Positions 1 to 9,138 of a stretch of 64,000 nt of DNA are shown here, piece after piece. The notes under the pieces are model-generated. The model was not told where the DNA came from, did not search any database, and saw only the letters and a program-made list of their open reading frames with translations. Position 1 is the stretch's first letter. The number at the start of each line of letters is the position of its first letter. This DNA comes from Acidobacteriota bacterium (GTDB taxonomy: Bacteria; Acidobacteriota; UBA6911; RPQK01; JAJDTT01): NCBI GenBank assembly GCA_965209055.1, contig OZ242374.1, forward strand, positions 864,001 to 928,000. Direction: 5' to 3'. Made by a program: the position numbers and the translations under genes.

Positions 1-975
1 CCGCGCCAGCACCGTGCCGTCAGGGGCGCTCTTGCCCGGGACGCCTCCCTGGTGGGTGATCACGACCACGTTTCCCGGGGTCCAGAGGATGGTCCCGCGG
101 TGCCCGTAGTATTCGTTCAGGCTTCCCGGCACCTCCCGGAAAGTCCGTCCGCCGTCGCTGGATTCGAGGAGGATTCCCTGTTTGTAGATGGCCCCGGCCC
201 CCGGAGGAGCTCCGCTTCGCTTCGACATCGCCTCCACGTCTTCCCCGGGAAACGAGGGCCGCTGGATGCGGGTCATGGCCAGGACGCGCATCGGGTCGTT
301 TGGATCCACGGCATAGCCGGTTTCAGCCACGTACTGGTGCACTTCGGTGGGGTCGCCCCAGGTTTGTCCGCCGTCCCGGGAACGGATCAGCGTCTCGTGA
401 AATCCCGGCCGTGACCGGTCCTCCTGCTGATAATCCCTATGGTTCGGGTAACGCAGGCCCACCCCCAGCACGATGGTCCCGTCTGCCTCCTGGAAGAAGG
501 TGTTGTAGTCGTTGAAGCAGAAAGCGTAAGGGTCCTCGGACCCGCCCGGTGAGAAAGGCCCGAAATCGATGGCGGTGGTTTTCCAGGTGATCCCGGAGTC
601 GCTCGAAACCGAGACGAACAGATCCTTGCCGCCGGGGGACTGGTGCATCAGCCAGAGGTTTCCGTCACGGCCGGCATAGAGTCCGTGCTGAACCTGGCCG
701 GGTGGTACGCCGGAAAGATTCACCGGCAGCCTGGTCCAACTCCGGCCCTGATCGACACTCTTGTAGAGCCTCTGCTGGGTCTGAGTGTTGACGTAGATGC
801 TTCCGTCCGGATGGGTGACCATGCCCAGCATGGAACGGCTCAGCCCTGACTCTACGGGGTCCAACAACACCTCGCCTTCGATCTCGATCGTCGCTACGGG
901 AGCGACTTCACCCGGGCCGCAGGCGACGGCAAGCGCCAACAGGACGAGCCCAATCCATCCCAGTTTCTGTGTCAT
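1..975 (-). CDS. BNR/Asp-box sialidase-like lipoprotein, 3' end outside the window (absent from the ORF track)
   Basis: Manual translation from ATG 975: MTQKLGWIGLVLLALAVAC (lipobox), Asp-boxes SVDQGRSW, SSDSGITW, SRDGGQTW; AETGYAVDP..TRIQR matches the paralogs at 2652/3971; purine-rich RBS; open to the window edge. Confidence 0.85.
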   Translation of the reverse strand, partial: MTQKLGWIGLVLLALAVACGPGEVAPVATIEIEGEVLLDPVESGLSRSMLGMVTHPDGSIYVNTQTQQRLYKSVDQGRSWTRLPVNLSGVPPGQVQHGLYAGRDGNLWLMHQSPGGKDLFVSVSSDSGITWKTTAIDFGPFSPGGSEDPYAFCFNDYNTFFQEADGTIVLGVGLRYPNHRDYQQEDRSRPGFHETLIRSRDGGQTWGDPTEVHQYVAETGYAVDPNDPMRVLAMTRIQRPSFPGEDVEAMSKRSGAPPGAGAIYKQGILLESSDGGRTFREVPGSLNEYYGHRGTILWTPGNVVVITHQGGVPGKSAPDGTVLAR

Positions 976-992
976 TTTCCTACTCTCCACTA

Positions 993-2525
993 TCAATCTC
1001 GAAAACCGAACGAGAAGAGCTTGGCGTTCTCCAGATAGAACTTCAGCCGGATCGGCTGCCCCTCCAATCCCTTCAGATTACCCTGTCCGTTCCACGAAAC
1101 GCGATGGCGGACGGCGTCCGATTCCAACACGTCACAATCGCCCCGGCCGAAGCTTTCCAACGGCTGGCCTTCCGTGGAGAGAATCTCGACTTGAACCCGT
1201 CCCGACCCCGCGTCCGCGTTGATCAGCAGTTCACCGCCCCGGAAGCGGAAGGGCTTGGTGGTCAGGACACCCGCCTTCGCTCTGGCATCGACGGAAACGA
1301 ACCCGTCCAGGCGCAGCTTCGACAGCGCGATGCCGCTCTTGAACCCGGCGAACCCGTCCGGCGGCTCCGAGTTGTGGTCCGCGCCCCATCCCACGTAGTA
1401 GATCCAGATCCCGTCATCCCGGACCAGCGGTCCCTGCACCGGCCAGATGAATCCCCAGTCGAAGTCCCCCGGCCGCTCCGAGAGGGGCAGGAAGACCTCC
1501 CGGCCGCCGCCTCGATGCCAGTTCAGACCGTCGCGGCTGTAGGTGAGCTGCACCGGTCCCCGGGGACGTTCGTACCCATAGCTGAAAACGGTCATCAACC
1601 CGATCCGCAGTTCGTCGTGGAGCATGACCTGCATGTTGTAGAACTGGTCCCGGTGCATCGGGTCGCGGTCGTCGGCCGCCACCACCGTTCGCATGGGAGT
1701 CCAGTGGACGAAGTCGTCGCTCTCCACCTGGCCCACCCGGCGCAGGCTGTGGTTCTCGGGAACCCGGTCCTTCTTGGGCCCGCCCCAGAGCTGGGCGTAG
1801 ACCTTCCGCGCCCAGGGATCGCTGACCATCTTCTTGCGCACCTCTTTGATCATCCCGGTGCGGTCCCGGATGATGGCCACGTACTTGCCCAGCCGGCCGT
1901 CCCAGTAGGGAACCGGCTGGCTGTCATGCCCCGGCGCGTGGAAGATGACCTTCTCCCCCCCCTTGTAGTCGGTCCAGCGGAGGCCGTCCGCCGAGTAGGC
2001 GGCCCGGATGCCCTGGTAGAGCATCTTGTACCGTTTGGCGGGATCGGTTTCCCGGGGATCGATGAAGACACCCGTTTCGAGCCCGTCCTTGTCCATGATG
2101 ATGTTGTTGTCGCGGCTGCCCCGGTGCTCGACGATGCCGAGGGAGGGCTTCACCCAGCGGATTCCGTCCCGGCTGTAGGCGTAGGCCAGGATCATGGACT
2201 GGTCTTTCGCTCCCCAGAGGCTGTACCACATCTTGTACAGCCCGTCCGATTCGTCGAATAGGATGGTGATAAAACAGAAGTGCATCCCCGCTTCCCAGGA
2301 CGGGTCTCCTTCGGGAACCATGGGCAGCACCGGGCCGGCTCCGTACTTGACCGGCTGGTTCAGGGTCTTGGCGACGCCGTCCAAGGACTCGATGATGTAG
2401 TCGTCGATGAACAACTGCCGGTTCTGCGCCACGTCCAACGTGGACCCGGCCGAGGCCGTGACCCAGCCGGCGAGGACGTATCCCAGCAGCAGGAACCCGT
2501 ACTTGGAATTTCGCAGTGATTGCAT
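993..2525 (-). CDS. Exported beta-propeller glycoside hydrolase-like protein (GH32/43-like fold, C-terminal beta-sandwich)
   Basis: Signal peptide, RQLFIDD, YAYSRDGIRWVKP, C-terminal LRLDGFVS..LKFYLENAKLFSF; start moved to ATG 2525 behind CAGGAG. Confidence 0.7.
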   Translation of the reverse strand: MQSLRNSKYGFLLLGYVLAGWVTASAGSTLDVAQNRQLFIDDYIIESLDGVAKTLNQPVKYGAGPVLPMVPEGDPSWEAGMHFCFITILFDESDGLYKMWYSLWGAKDQSMILAYAYSRDGIRWVKPSLGIVEHRGSRDNNIIMDKDGLETGVFIDPRETDPAKRYKMLYQGIRAAYSADGLRWTDYKGGEKVIFHAPGHDSQPVPYWDGRLGKYVAIIRDRTGMIKEVRKKMVSDPWARKVYAQLWGGPKKDRVPENHSLRRVGQVESDDFVHWTPMRTVVAADDRDPMHRDQFYNMQVMLHDELRIGLMTVFSYGYERPRGPVQLTYSRDGLNWHRGGGREVFLPLSERPGDFDWGFIWPVQGPLVRDDGIWIYYVGWGADHNSEPPDGFAGFKSGIALSKLRLDGFVSVDARAKAGVLTTKPFRFRGGELLINADAGSGRVQVEILSTEGQPLESFGRGDCDVLESDAVRHRVSWNGQGNLKGLEGQPIRLKFYLENAKLFSFGFRD

Positions 2526-2651
2526 CAGAATCTCCTGAACCGGCTCAAAACGAGAGAGATCCGTTCGGACAATTGACCTCATCATAGAGGAAATCTCAAC
2601 ACGCCGACGACGGCAGACCCGGTCCCAATCTGAAACAGGGGAAGACAGCTC

Positions 2652-3929
2652 ATGTCAAGACGACTCGATTCCATGATCATGCTCGTGGCGCTCGCCCTGG
2701 CGGGGTGCGCTCCTCCGGCGGGAGGAAGCCTGGCGGACGTCCAGCTCTTCATCGAAGACGAAGTGATTCTCGCCCCTGCGAGCGCCCGTCTGAACGCCCA
2801 TAACGTGGTTCGGGGACCGGACGGCGCCATCTGGCTCAACACCGGCGAACCGGACCCGGGCCTCTTCCGGAGCACGGATCAGGGCCGGACCTGGGAGACG
2901 ATTGCCGTGAAGCTCTCCGATGTCCCGCCCGGACAGCATCTGGGAGGATTTCACGCCGCCCGGGACGGCAGTCTCTGGCTGGTCCACCAGGCCGCCCCTT
3001 ATCGAATTGTCGACGGCGAGTCGATCGAGTCCACCGACCGGCGGGGTTTCTTCTCGATCTCGACGGACGGCGGCCAGACGTGGGAGACGCGGGAGCTCGA
3101 CCAGGCCCGCTTCGCTCCCGACCCCGAGGCGGACCCTTATACGTCCATTGACATCGCCTGGTGCCACCCCAATTTCGTGGAACGGCCCGACGGGAGCGCC
3201 TTCTACTCCATCAGCATGCGCTACGACGACTGGGAGGACTACTCCCAAGCGGATCAGACGCGCCCCGGAGTCCGCGACGTGATGGTTCGCACCCGGAACG
3301 GGGGGCGGACCTGGGGAGATCCCACCATCGTCCACCAGCACGCCACCGAGACCGCCTACGCCGTGGACCCCAACGACCCGGACCACATCTTTGCGGCCAC
3401 CCGAATTCAGAGGAAAGGTCTGCCGGGCGAGGACCTGCAGGCGATCCGTAAGTTGACCGCCATGGACATGACCCCGCCCAACTACATGCCCGACTGGGCC
3501 TACAAGAACGGAATCCTGCTGGAATCGACCGACGGCGGCCGATCCTTCCGGGAAGTGCCCGGCGGCTTGTTCGGCTTCGGCAGCTACCGCTGGTCCGCGA
3601 TCTGGACGGAGGAAGACTGGTTGATCCTGGCGAGCACCGCGGGTCAGGACCCGGGACAACGAAAGAGTCCTGGCGACCAGGTGCTCCGAATCAGTCTGAA
3701 CGGAGGGAAGACCTGGCTCGACGGCACCGAAAAGGGGACATCCACGGCGGCGAAGGCGAAGAAATTCATGGTGGTTCCCGGGTACCGGGACGTGGGCAAG
3801 GCGGACCACTACAGCGCCTCGGTGCCGGCGACCATCCAGATCGCCGAGAACCGGTTCCTGACCTTCTGCACCTACAAGAAGGACCGGATCCTCCGGGGCC
3901 GGTTCTGGCGCCTGGAGAACTTGCCGTAA
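2652..3929 (+). CDS. BNR/Asp-box sialidase-like lipoprotein
   Basis: LAGC lipobox; repeated SxDxGxTW Asp-boxes. Confidence 0.8.
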   Translation: MSRRLDSMIMLVALALAGCAPPAGGSLADVQLFIEDEVILAPASARLNAHNVVRGPDGAIWLNTGEPDPGLFRSTDQGRTWETIAVKLSDVPPGQHLGGFHAARDGSLWLVHQAAPYRIVDGESIESTDRRGFFSISTDGGQTWETRELDQARFAPDPEADPYTSIDIAWCHPNFVERPDGSAFYSISMRYDDWEDYSQADQTRPGVRDVMVRTRNGGRTWGDPTIVHQHATETAYAVDPNDPDHIFAATRIQRKGLPGEDLQAIRKLTAMDMTPPNYMPDWAYKNGILLESTDGGRSFREVPGGLFGFGSYRWSAIWTEEDWLILASTAGQDPGQRKSPGDQVLRISLNGGKTWLDGTEKGTSTAAKAKKFMVVPGYRDVGKADHYSASVPATIQIAENRFLTFCTYKKDRILRGRFWRLENLP

Positions 3930-3930
3930 C

Positions 3931-3953
3931 GGAGCGGCGGATTCCAACCGCCG
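3931..3953. repeat. REP-like palindrome, single copy
   Basis: GGAG-CGGCGG-ATTCCAA-CCGCCG. Confidence 0.65.
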
Positions 3954-3970
3954 ATGGGGGAAGACAGCTC

Positions 3971-5248
3971 ATGACAAGACGACTCGACTCCGCAATTGTT
4001 TTGTTCGTTTTCAGTTTGGCGGCCGTGACCGTCTGGGCCGGTGGAAGCCTGGCGGACGTCCAGCTCTTCATCGAAGACGAGGTGATCCTCGCCCCCGCGA
4101 GCGCCGACCTGGATGCCTACAACGTGGTTCGCGGTCCCGAAGGAGCCATCTGGCTCAATACCGGCGAACCGAAGCCGGGCCTCTACCGGAGCAAGGATCA
4201 GGGCCGGACCTGGGAGACGATTCCGGTCGAGCTGCCGCAGGCCCCTCCCGGCCAGCATACGGCAGGCTTCCACGTCGCCCGGGACGGCAGTCTCTGGCTG
4301 CTCCATCAGGCCCCCCCGACCTACACTGCCGACGGCAAGTCCATGGAGTACAAAGACCGGAGGGTCTTTTTCTCGAAATCCACGGACGGCGGCCGGACCT
4401 GGGAGAGCTGGGAGATCGACTACGGCCGCTTCGCTCCCGACCCCGGGGCGGACCCCTATACGATGATGGAGACCGCCTGGTGCCACCCCAACTTCGTGGA
4501 GCGGCCCGACGGGACCGCCTTCTTTTCCCTCAGCATGCGCTACCCCGATTGGGATGACTGGCATCAGGAGGATCAGTCCCGGCCCGGCATCCGCGACGTG
4601 ATGGTCCGCACCCGGGACGGAGGGAAAACCTGGGGAGATCCCACCATCGTCCACCAGCACGCCACCGAGACCGCCTACGCCGTGGATCCCCACGACCCGG
4701 ACCACATTTTCGCGGCGACCCGAATCCAACGGAAAGCCCTGCCGGGCGAGGACCTGCAGGCGATCCGGAAGCTGAGCGCCATGGATATGACGCCGCCCAA
4801 ATACATGCCCGACTGGGCTTACAAGAACGGCCTCCTGCTGGAATCGACCGACGGCGGCCGCTCTTTCCGGGAAGTGCCCGGCGGATTGTTCGGATTTGCC
4901 AGCTACCGCTGGTCCATGGTCTGGACCGAGGATGACTGGCTGGTTCTGGCCAGCCACGCGGGTCAGGACCCGGGACAACGAGAGAATCATATTGACCATG
5001 TGGTCCGAATCAGTCTGAACGGAGGGAAGACCTGGCTCGACGGCACCGAAAAGGGCACCAAGTTGCCGGCGAAGGCCAAGAGGTTCATGGTGTTCCCGGC
5101 GTTCCGGGACGTGGGCAAGGTGGACCACTACAGCGCCTCGGTGCCGGCGACCATCGAAGTCTCCAAGAACCGGTTCCTGACCTTCGGCGCCTACAAGCGG
5201 GACAAGATCCTCCGAGGCCGGTTCTGGCGCCTGGAGAATCTGCCTTGA
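3971..5248 (+). CDS. BNR/Asp-box sialidase-like exported protein, tandem paralog of 2652..3929
   Basis: Same length (425 aa), long identical blocks, Sec signal without the lipobox Cys. Confidence 0.8.
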   Translation: MTRRLDSAIVLFVFSLAAVTVWAGGSLADVQLFIEDEVILAPASADLDAYNVVRGPEGAIWLNTGEPKPGLYRSKDQGRTWETIPVELPQAPPGQHTAGFHVARDGSLWLLHQAPPTYTADGKSMEYKDRRVFFSKSTDGGRTWESWEIDYGRFAPDPGADPYTMMETAWCHPNFVERPDGTAFFSLSMRYPDWDDWHQEDQSRPGIRDVMVRTRDGGKTWGDPTIVHQHATETAYAVDPHDPDHIFAATRIQRKALPGEDLQAIRKLSAMDMTPPKYMPDWAYKNGLLLESTDGGRSFREVPGGLFGFASYRWSMVWTEDDWLVLASHAGQDPGQRENHIDHVVRISLNGGKTWLDGTEKGTKLPAKAKRFMVFPAFRDVGKVDHYSASVPATIEVSKNRFLTFGAYKRDKILRGRFWRLENLP

Positions 5249-5249
5249 T

Positions 5250-5329
5250 GGGAGCGGCGATTCTCTTTCCGCCGGTTTCTTGATCGATTTTTCGGGAAGA
5301 AGAATGGGCGACAGGAAAGTCGCCCCTCC
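5250..5329. repeat. Inverted REP pair (REPIN-like) between convergent genes
   Basis: GGGAGCGGCGA-TTCTCTT-TCCGCCG followed by GGGCGAC-AGGAAA-GTCGCCC-CTCC. Confidence 0.7.
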
Positions 5330-6153
5330 TAACGCGGGCGTTCTCCCTTGATGGTCACGCGCAGGCCGCGGCGACGGTTGGGATAATAGTCCCACAGGGC
5401 GTAGTGCTGGGCGCAGCGGTTGTCCCAGAACGCCACCGATCCGGGACGCCAGCGGAACCGGCACTGGAACATGGGGCTGGCGGCGTGCTCCACCAGGAAT
5501 CCGAGGACGGCGTCGCTCTCACTCTTTGAAAGCTGGACGATACGGGTGGTGAACAGGCGGTTGACGAAGAGCGCCTTGCGTCCGCTCACCAGGTGCGTCC
5601 TGACGACGGGATGCTCCGATCTGGGAAAGGTCTTCCCCTCATCGTCGGAGTCGTCGTAACGGCCGCGGTAGACCTGCTCCCCGTCGTGGACGGCGGTCAT
5701 TCCTTCGAGCATCCGCCGCATCGGCGCCGAAAGGGACTCGTAGGCCGCGTACATGTTGGCGAACAGAGTGTCGCCCCCCACCGGCGGCACCTCCAGCATC
5801 TGAAGGATCGTCCCCAAAGGCGGCTCCCGGTCGCAGGAGACGTCCGAGTGCCAGTCCTCTCCGGCGATCCGGCGGGTGTTCTCGTCGGCGTAGATTTCCA
5901 TGACTTCGGGATGGCCGTCGACCAGGCGGGGCCATGCGGGATGAATATGCAGTTCACCGAAGTTGCGGCCCAGCGCCTTCTGCTGGGCCGGGGTCATGGA
6001 CTGGCCGCGGAAAAAGAGGACGCAGTGTTCGGCAAGTGCGTTGGAGAGGGCATCCACCAACTCCGCCCCAAGCGGCCGGGAGAGGTCGATGCCGTGCACT
6101 TCGGCGCCGCAATGACCGGTCACTTTCCTGAATTCAAGATTGGGAGCCGGCAT
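5329..6153 (-). CDS. TauD/TfdA family Fe(II)/2-oxoglutarate dioxygenase
   Basis: WHSDV (HxD), GGDTLFA, HPVVRTH, WDNRCAQHYA. Confidence 0.92.
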   Translation of the reverse strand: MPAPNLEFRKVTGHCGAEVHGIDLSRPLGAELVDALSNALAEHCVLFFRGQSMTPAQQKALGRNFGELHIHPAWPRLVDGHPEVMEIYADENTRRIAGEDWHSDVSCDREPPLGTILQMLEVPPVGGDTLFANMYAAYESLSAPMRRMLEGMTAVHDGEQVYRGRYDDSDDEGKTFPRSEHPVVRTHLVSGRKALFVNRLFTTRIVQLSKSESDAVLGFLVEHAASPMFQCRFRWRPGSVAFWDNRCAQHYALWDYYPNRRRGLRVTIKGERPR

Positions 6154-6220
6154 GGGAGGAGCCTGGGTTCGGTCGGCAGTCTATCGGAAACATCGGGTTC
6201 CGTTCCAGCCAAGAATGAAT

Positions 6221-6245
6221 GAGGGACAAGACTGTCCCTCCTCCC
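6221..6245. repeat. REP-like palindrome, variant stem
   Basis: GAGGGAC-AAGACT-GTCCCTC-CTCCC, same geometry as the other copies. Confidence 0.55.
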
Positions 6246-6287
6246 AATTGTCCAGGACCCATTTGTCTATGCATAGATAATTAGAGG

Positions 6288-8015
6288 TCAGGGTTTACTA
6301 TTTATAGTAAATTCAAGAGCAACTGGGAGCACGATCCGGGAAGGATGGCACCGGGAATGGTAGATCACCTGGCGGGCCGTCACCAGTTCGGTCTCGGCCA
6401 GATCGTTCCCGCCGGTGTTGTGGTTCCGATCGTGATTCGGGAAGTCGCTGCTGGTGATCTCCACGCGGATTCGATGTCCCTCGAGGAACCGGCAGGCGGT
6501 CGGTCCCAGCTCGATGCGGTACTCGACAGCCTCGCCCGGAGTCACCAGGTCCTCCCGATCCATGGAGATCCGGTGCCGGGCGCGGACCATGCCGTAACCG
6601 ACGTCCAGGGCCCGGCCGTCGGGATGTTCGTCCACGAGCCGGACGAAGAAGTCCGTGTCCCGGGCCGAGGTCGAGGCGAAAAGAACGGCTTCGGGATAGC
6701 CGACGACTTCCACCTCCTGCTCCAAGGGGTCGGTCCGGTAGTTCAGGATGTCCCGGCGGTGGGCGAGGGCGGACCGGTCGGAGGGTTGCGTGAACATCTC
6801 TTGGCTCCAGAGTGTCGGGACCGGATCCTTGGGATCGTAGTCGTAGGCATCTTCACGGGACCGCGCCGGAACCGACGCCGAAAGCCGCCCTGAGCCGTCC
6901 GGGCGGTGGGCGTCCCCGCCGCTGTCCAGATAGAACTCGCGCCAACCGACGCCATCCTCCGGAGGCCAGGTCGCCGCCCCTTTCCAGACCTGCGAACCCA
7001 TGACGAAATACCGCACCGGCGGTTCTCCCCGCAGACCGTCTCCGTCTCCCTTGAGCCAATGATCGAACCAGCGAATCATCACCTGGGTCAGTTCGACCCG
7101 GGCCTCCGGTCCGTAGTCCATGGAGCCGAGGGACCGCTCCCCCAGGTGCTTGTGGTTCCAGGGTCCGATGACGAGCCGGGTCTGTTCCCTGGCTGCCTTC
7201 GTCCGGGCGTTTTGCTGCATCCGTCGAAGGTGCCTCATGGAGCCGTTGCAGTGATCGTACCAGCCGCTGAAGTCCAGGTTGGGGACCTCCACCTCCCGGT
7301 GGATCCGGTCGAATCGCCAGGCGCGGCGGGTCGGATTTCGGAGCCAGTCCCGAGCATATTCCCGAAGCCCCGGCGGAAGGTACCCGGGAAGATCCATCCA
7401 GGGCAGGAACCAGATCCAACGCATCTGCTCCTGCTCGTCCCAAATCTTCTCGGCCTCTTCCGGAGTGTGGGGCGGAGGCAGCCCATGGCGCCGGCGAAGG
7501 TCCGGGGCCATGCTGTTCATCCACCATTTGACCCGCCGTCCCGGACGGAAGGAACCCCACCAGTCCAGATCGGTGATCTCCAGGGGGATGGAATTGGCGC
7601 ACATGGCCACCAGGTGAGGCGGCCGGAGCCGGGCCAGGGACCACTGCATCCAGCCGTTGTAGGAGACTCCGAAGGTACCCACCTTGCCGTTGCAGAATGG
7701 CTGCGCGGCCAGCCACTCCACGCTGTCGTACCCGTCCTCCCCGTCCTGAGTCCGCTCCACCGTGAACGGAACGTACTCCCCCTCGGAGGCATAGCGGCCC
7801 CGGCTGTCCTGGGCGACCACCGCGTAGCCGGCCCGCACCAGCGGCTCCAATCCGCTCTCCGCCTTCCCGTAGGGGGTCCGCGTCAACAGACCGGGACAGG
7901 GAGAGGGAACATCAGGGCGAAAGATGTTGGCGCGGAGGACGACGCCGTCCCGGACGGGAACCCCGACGTTCATCTCGATGAGAATATCCGGCGTTTCCGG
8001 GCCGGCTTCAGGCAT
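6288..8015 (-). CDS. CocE/NonD family serine hydrolase (X-Pro dipeptidyl-peptidase S15-like)
   Basis: RDGVVLRANIFRP, RTPYGK, DSRGRYASEG, GVSYNG nucleophile, GPWNH, SSDFPNHDRNHNTG. Confidence 0.92.
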   Translation of the reverse strand: MPEAGPETPDILIEMNVGVPVRDGVVLRANIFRPDVPSPCPGLLTRTPYGKAESGLEPLVRAGYAVVAQDSRGRYASEGEYVPFTVERTQDGEDGYDSVEWLAAQPFCNGKVGTFGVSYNGWMQWSLARLRPPHLVAMCANSIPLEITDLDWWGSFRPGRRVKWWMNSMAPDLRRRHGLPPPHTPEEAEKIWDEQEQMRWIWFLPWMDLPGYLPPGLREYARDWLRNPTRRAWRFDRIHREVEVPNLDFSGWYDHCNGSMRHLRRMQQNARTKAAREQTRLVIGPWNHKHLGERSLGSMDYGPEARVELTQVMIRWFDHWLKGDGDGLRGEPPVRYFVMGSQVWKGAATWPPEDGVGWREFYLDSGGDAHRPDGSGRLSASVPARSREDAYDYDPKDPVPTLWSQEMFTQPSDRSALAHRRDILNYRTDPLEQEVEVVGYPEAVLFASTSARDTDFFVRLVDEHPDGRALDVGYGMVRARHRISMDREDLVTPGEAVEYRIELGPTACRFLEGHRIRVEITSSDFPNHDRNHNTGGNDLAETELVTARQVIYHSRCHPSRIVLPVALEFTINSKP

Positions 8016-9138
8016 CCGGATCCAGGCGGGCCCAGTAGCAGTTCATGGAAACGGCGTCACCGGCGTAGTAGGCCACCATCACCGTCCCGTCGGGAAGGGT
8101 TTCGGCGAACGGCAAGCCGAAGCTCCAGAGGGACATTTCCGAAAGCAGTTCCCCGGTCTCGTCCTCCGGCGAGTCCTGCGATCCCGAAGGGCCATGGGTG
8201 TAGAGAACCACCTCGGTGTCCGGATCGAAATCCGCATCTACGCTCCCGGCCAGCCGCGCCCGGATGGAGTGGGTCCCGTACCGGTCCACCCAGGCCAGCA
8301 CCACCCTTCCGTCAGGGAGCATGGCCGGATGGGCCGCCTGGTCGGGGAAACCCAGATCCTGGGCGCGGGACCAGGTGAGGCCGCCGTCGGCGCTGAGACG
8401 GCGGTGGACGTTCAGGTACTTCCTGGTTTCGCTGTCGTAGGTCCAGAGGAAGGCCGCGATCCGGCCGTCGGGCGCCACCCCCACGCGCTGGTCCCAGTTG
8501 AAGATGCGTCCGGTCCGATCTTCACCGGCGACGACCGGATCTTCCCAATTCAGACCGCCGTCCCGGGAGTGGAAGAGGACCACTTTCTGGTACCACTTGG
8601 ACCCGTCGTCGTAGTGCTTGTTGGTCTCGATGCTCATCCCCAGAGTGCCGTCGGCGAGGCGAAAGACGGGACTGGTGAGACTGGGCGGCCCGATCTCGTC
8701 CGGCATGGGAACGACCCGCCAGGGCGACCAAATTCTCCCCTCGTCGTCCGACTCGGCCAGGACCACCGCCATGGGGAGGCAGCCCTCGGTCTCCGCGTTG
8801 AACAGGCCCTGGCCCGGGTAGGTCTGGCGATCCACCCACATTCCGGCGGCCAGAAGACGCCCCGGCGCCGTCTCCGTGAGGTAGCAGATCTTGAGCGTCC
8901 CCCCGACTCCGTCCACGGTGGGAGCGTTCCAGGGACGGCTCGGAGCGCTCCAACACCGCTCCTCCCCGTCCCAACGAAAGAGCTCGGCACACTCGTCGGC
9001 GCCGTCCTTGCTGGAACCGGCGCGGCAGGTGGCCAGAAGGCCGCCGTTTGCCAGGACGGCAAGCGCCGGAAAGGTGGTCACGGCACGATGGGTTCCGGGT
9101 TCGCTCTCGGCCAGGACGCCTCTTTGCACGACCTTCAT
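8008..9138 (-). CDS. Cytoplasmic BNR/Asp-box sialidase-family protein
   Basis: Start ATG 9138 overlaps the upstream TGA (ATGA); SDDEGRIW, SRDGGLNW, SADGGLTW; no signal peptide. Confidence 0.75.
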   Translation of the reverse strand: MKVVQRGVLAESEPGTHRAVTTFPALAVLANGGLLATCRAGSSKDGADECAELFRWDGEERCWSAPSRPWNAPTVDGVGGTLKICYLTETAPGRLLAAGMWVDRQTYPGQGLFNAETEGCLPMAVVLAESDDEGRIWSPWRVVPMPDEIGPPSLTSPVFRLADGTLGMSIETNKHYDDGSKWYQKVVLFHSRDGGLNWEDPVVAGEDRTGRIFNWDQRVGVAPDGRIAAFLWTYDSETRKYLNVHRRLSADGGLTWSRAQDLGFPDQAAHPAMLPDGRVVLAWVDRYGTHSIRARLAGSVDADFDPDTEVVLYTHGPSGSQDSPEDETGELLSEMSLWSFGLPFAETLPDGTVMVAYYAGDAVSMNCYWARLDPDA

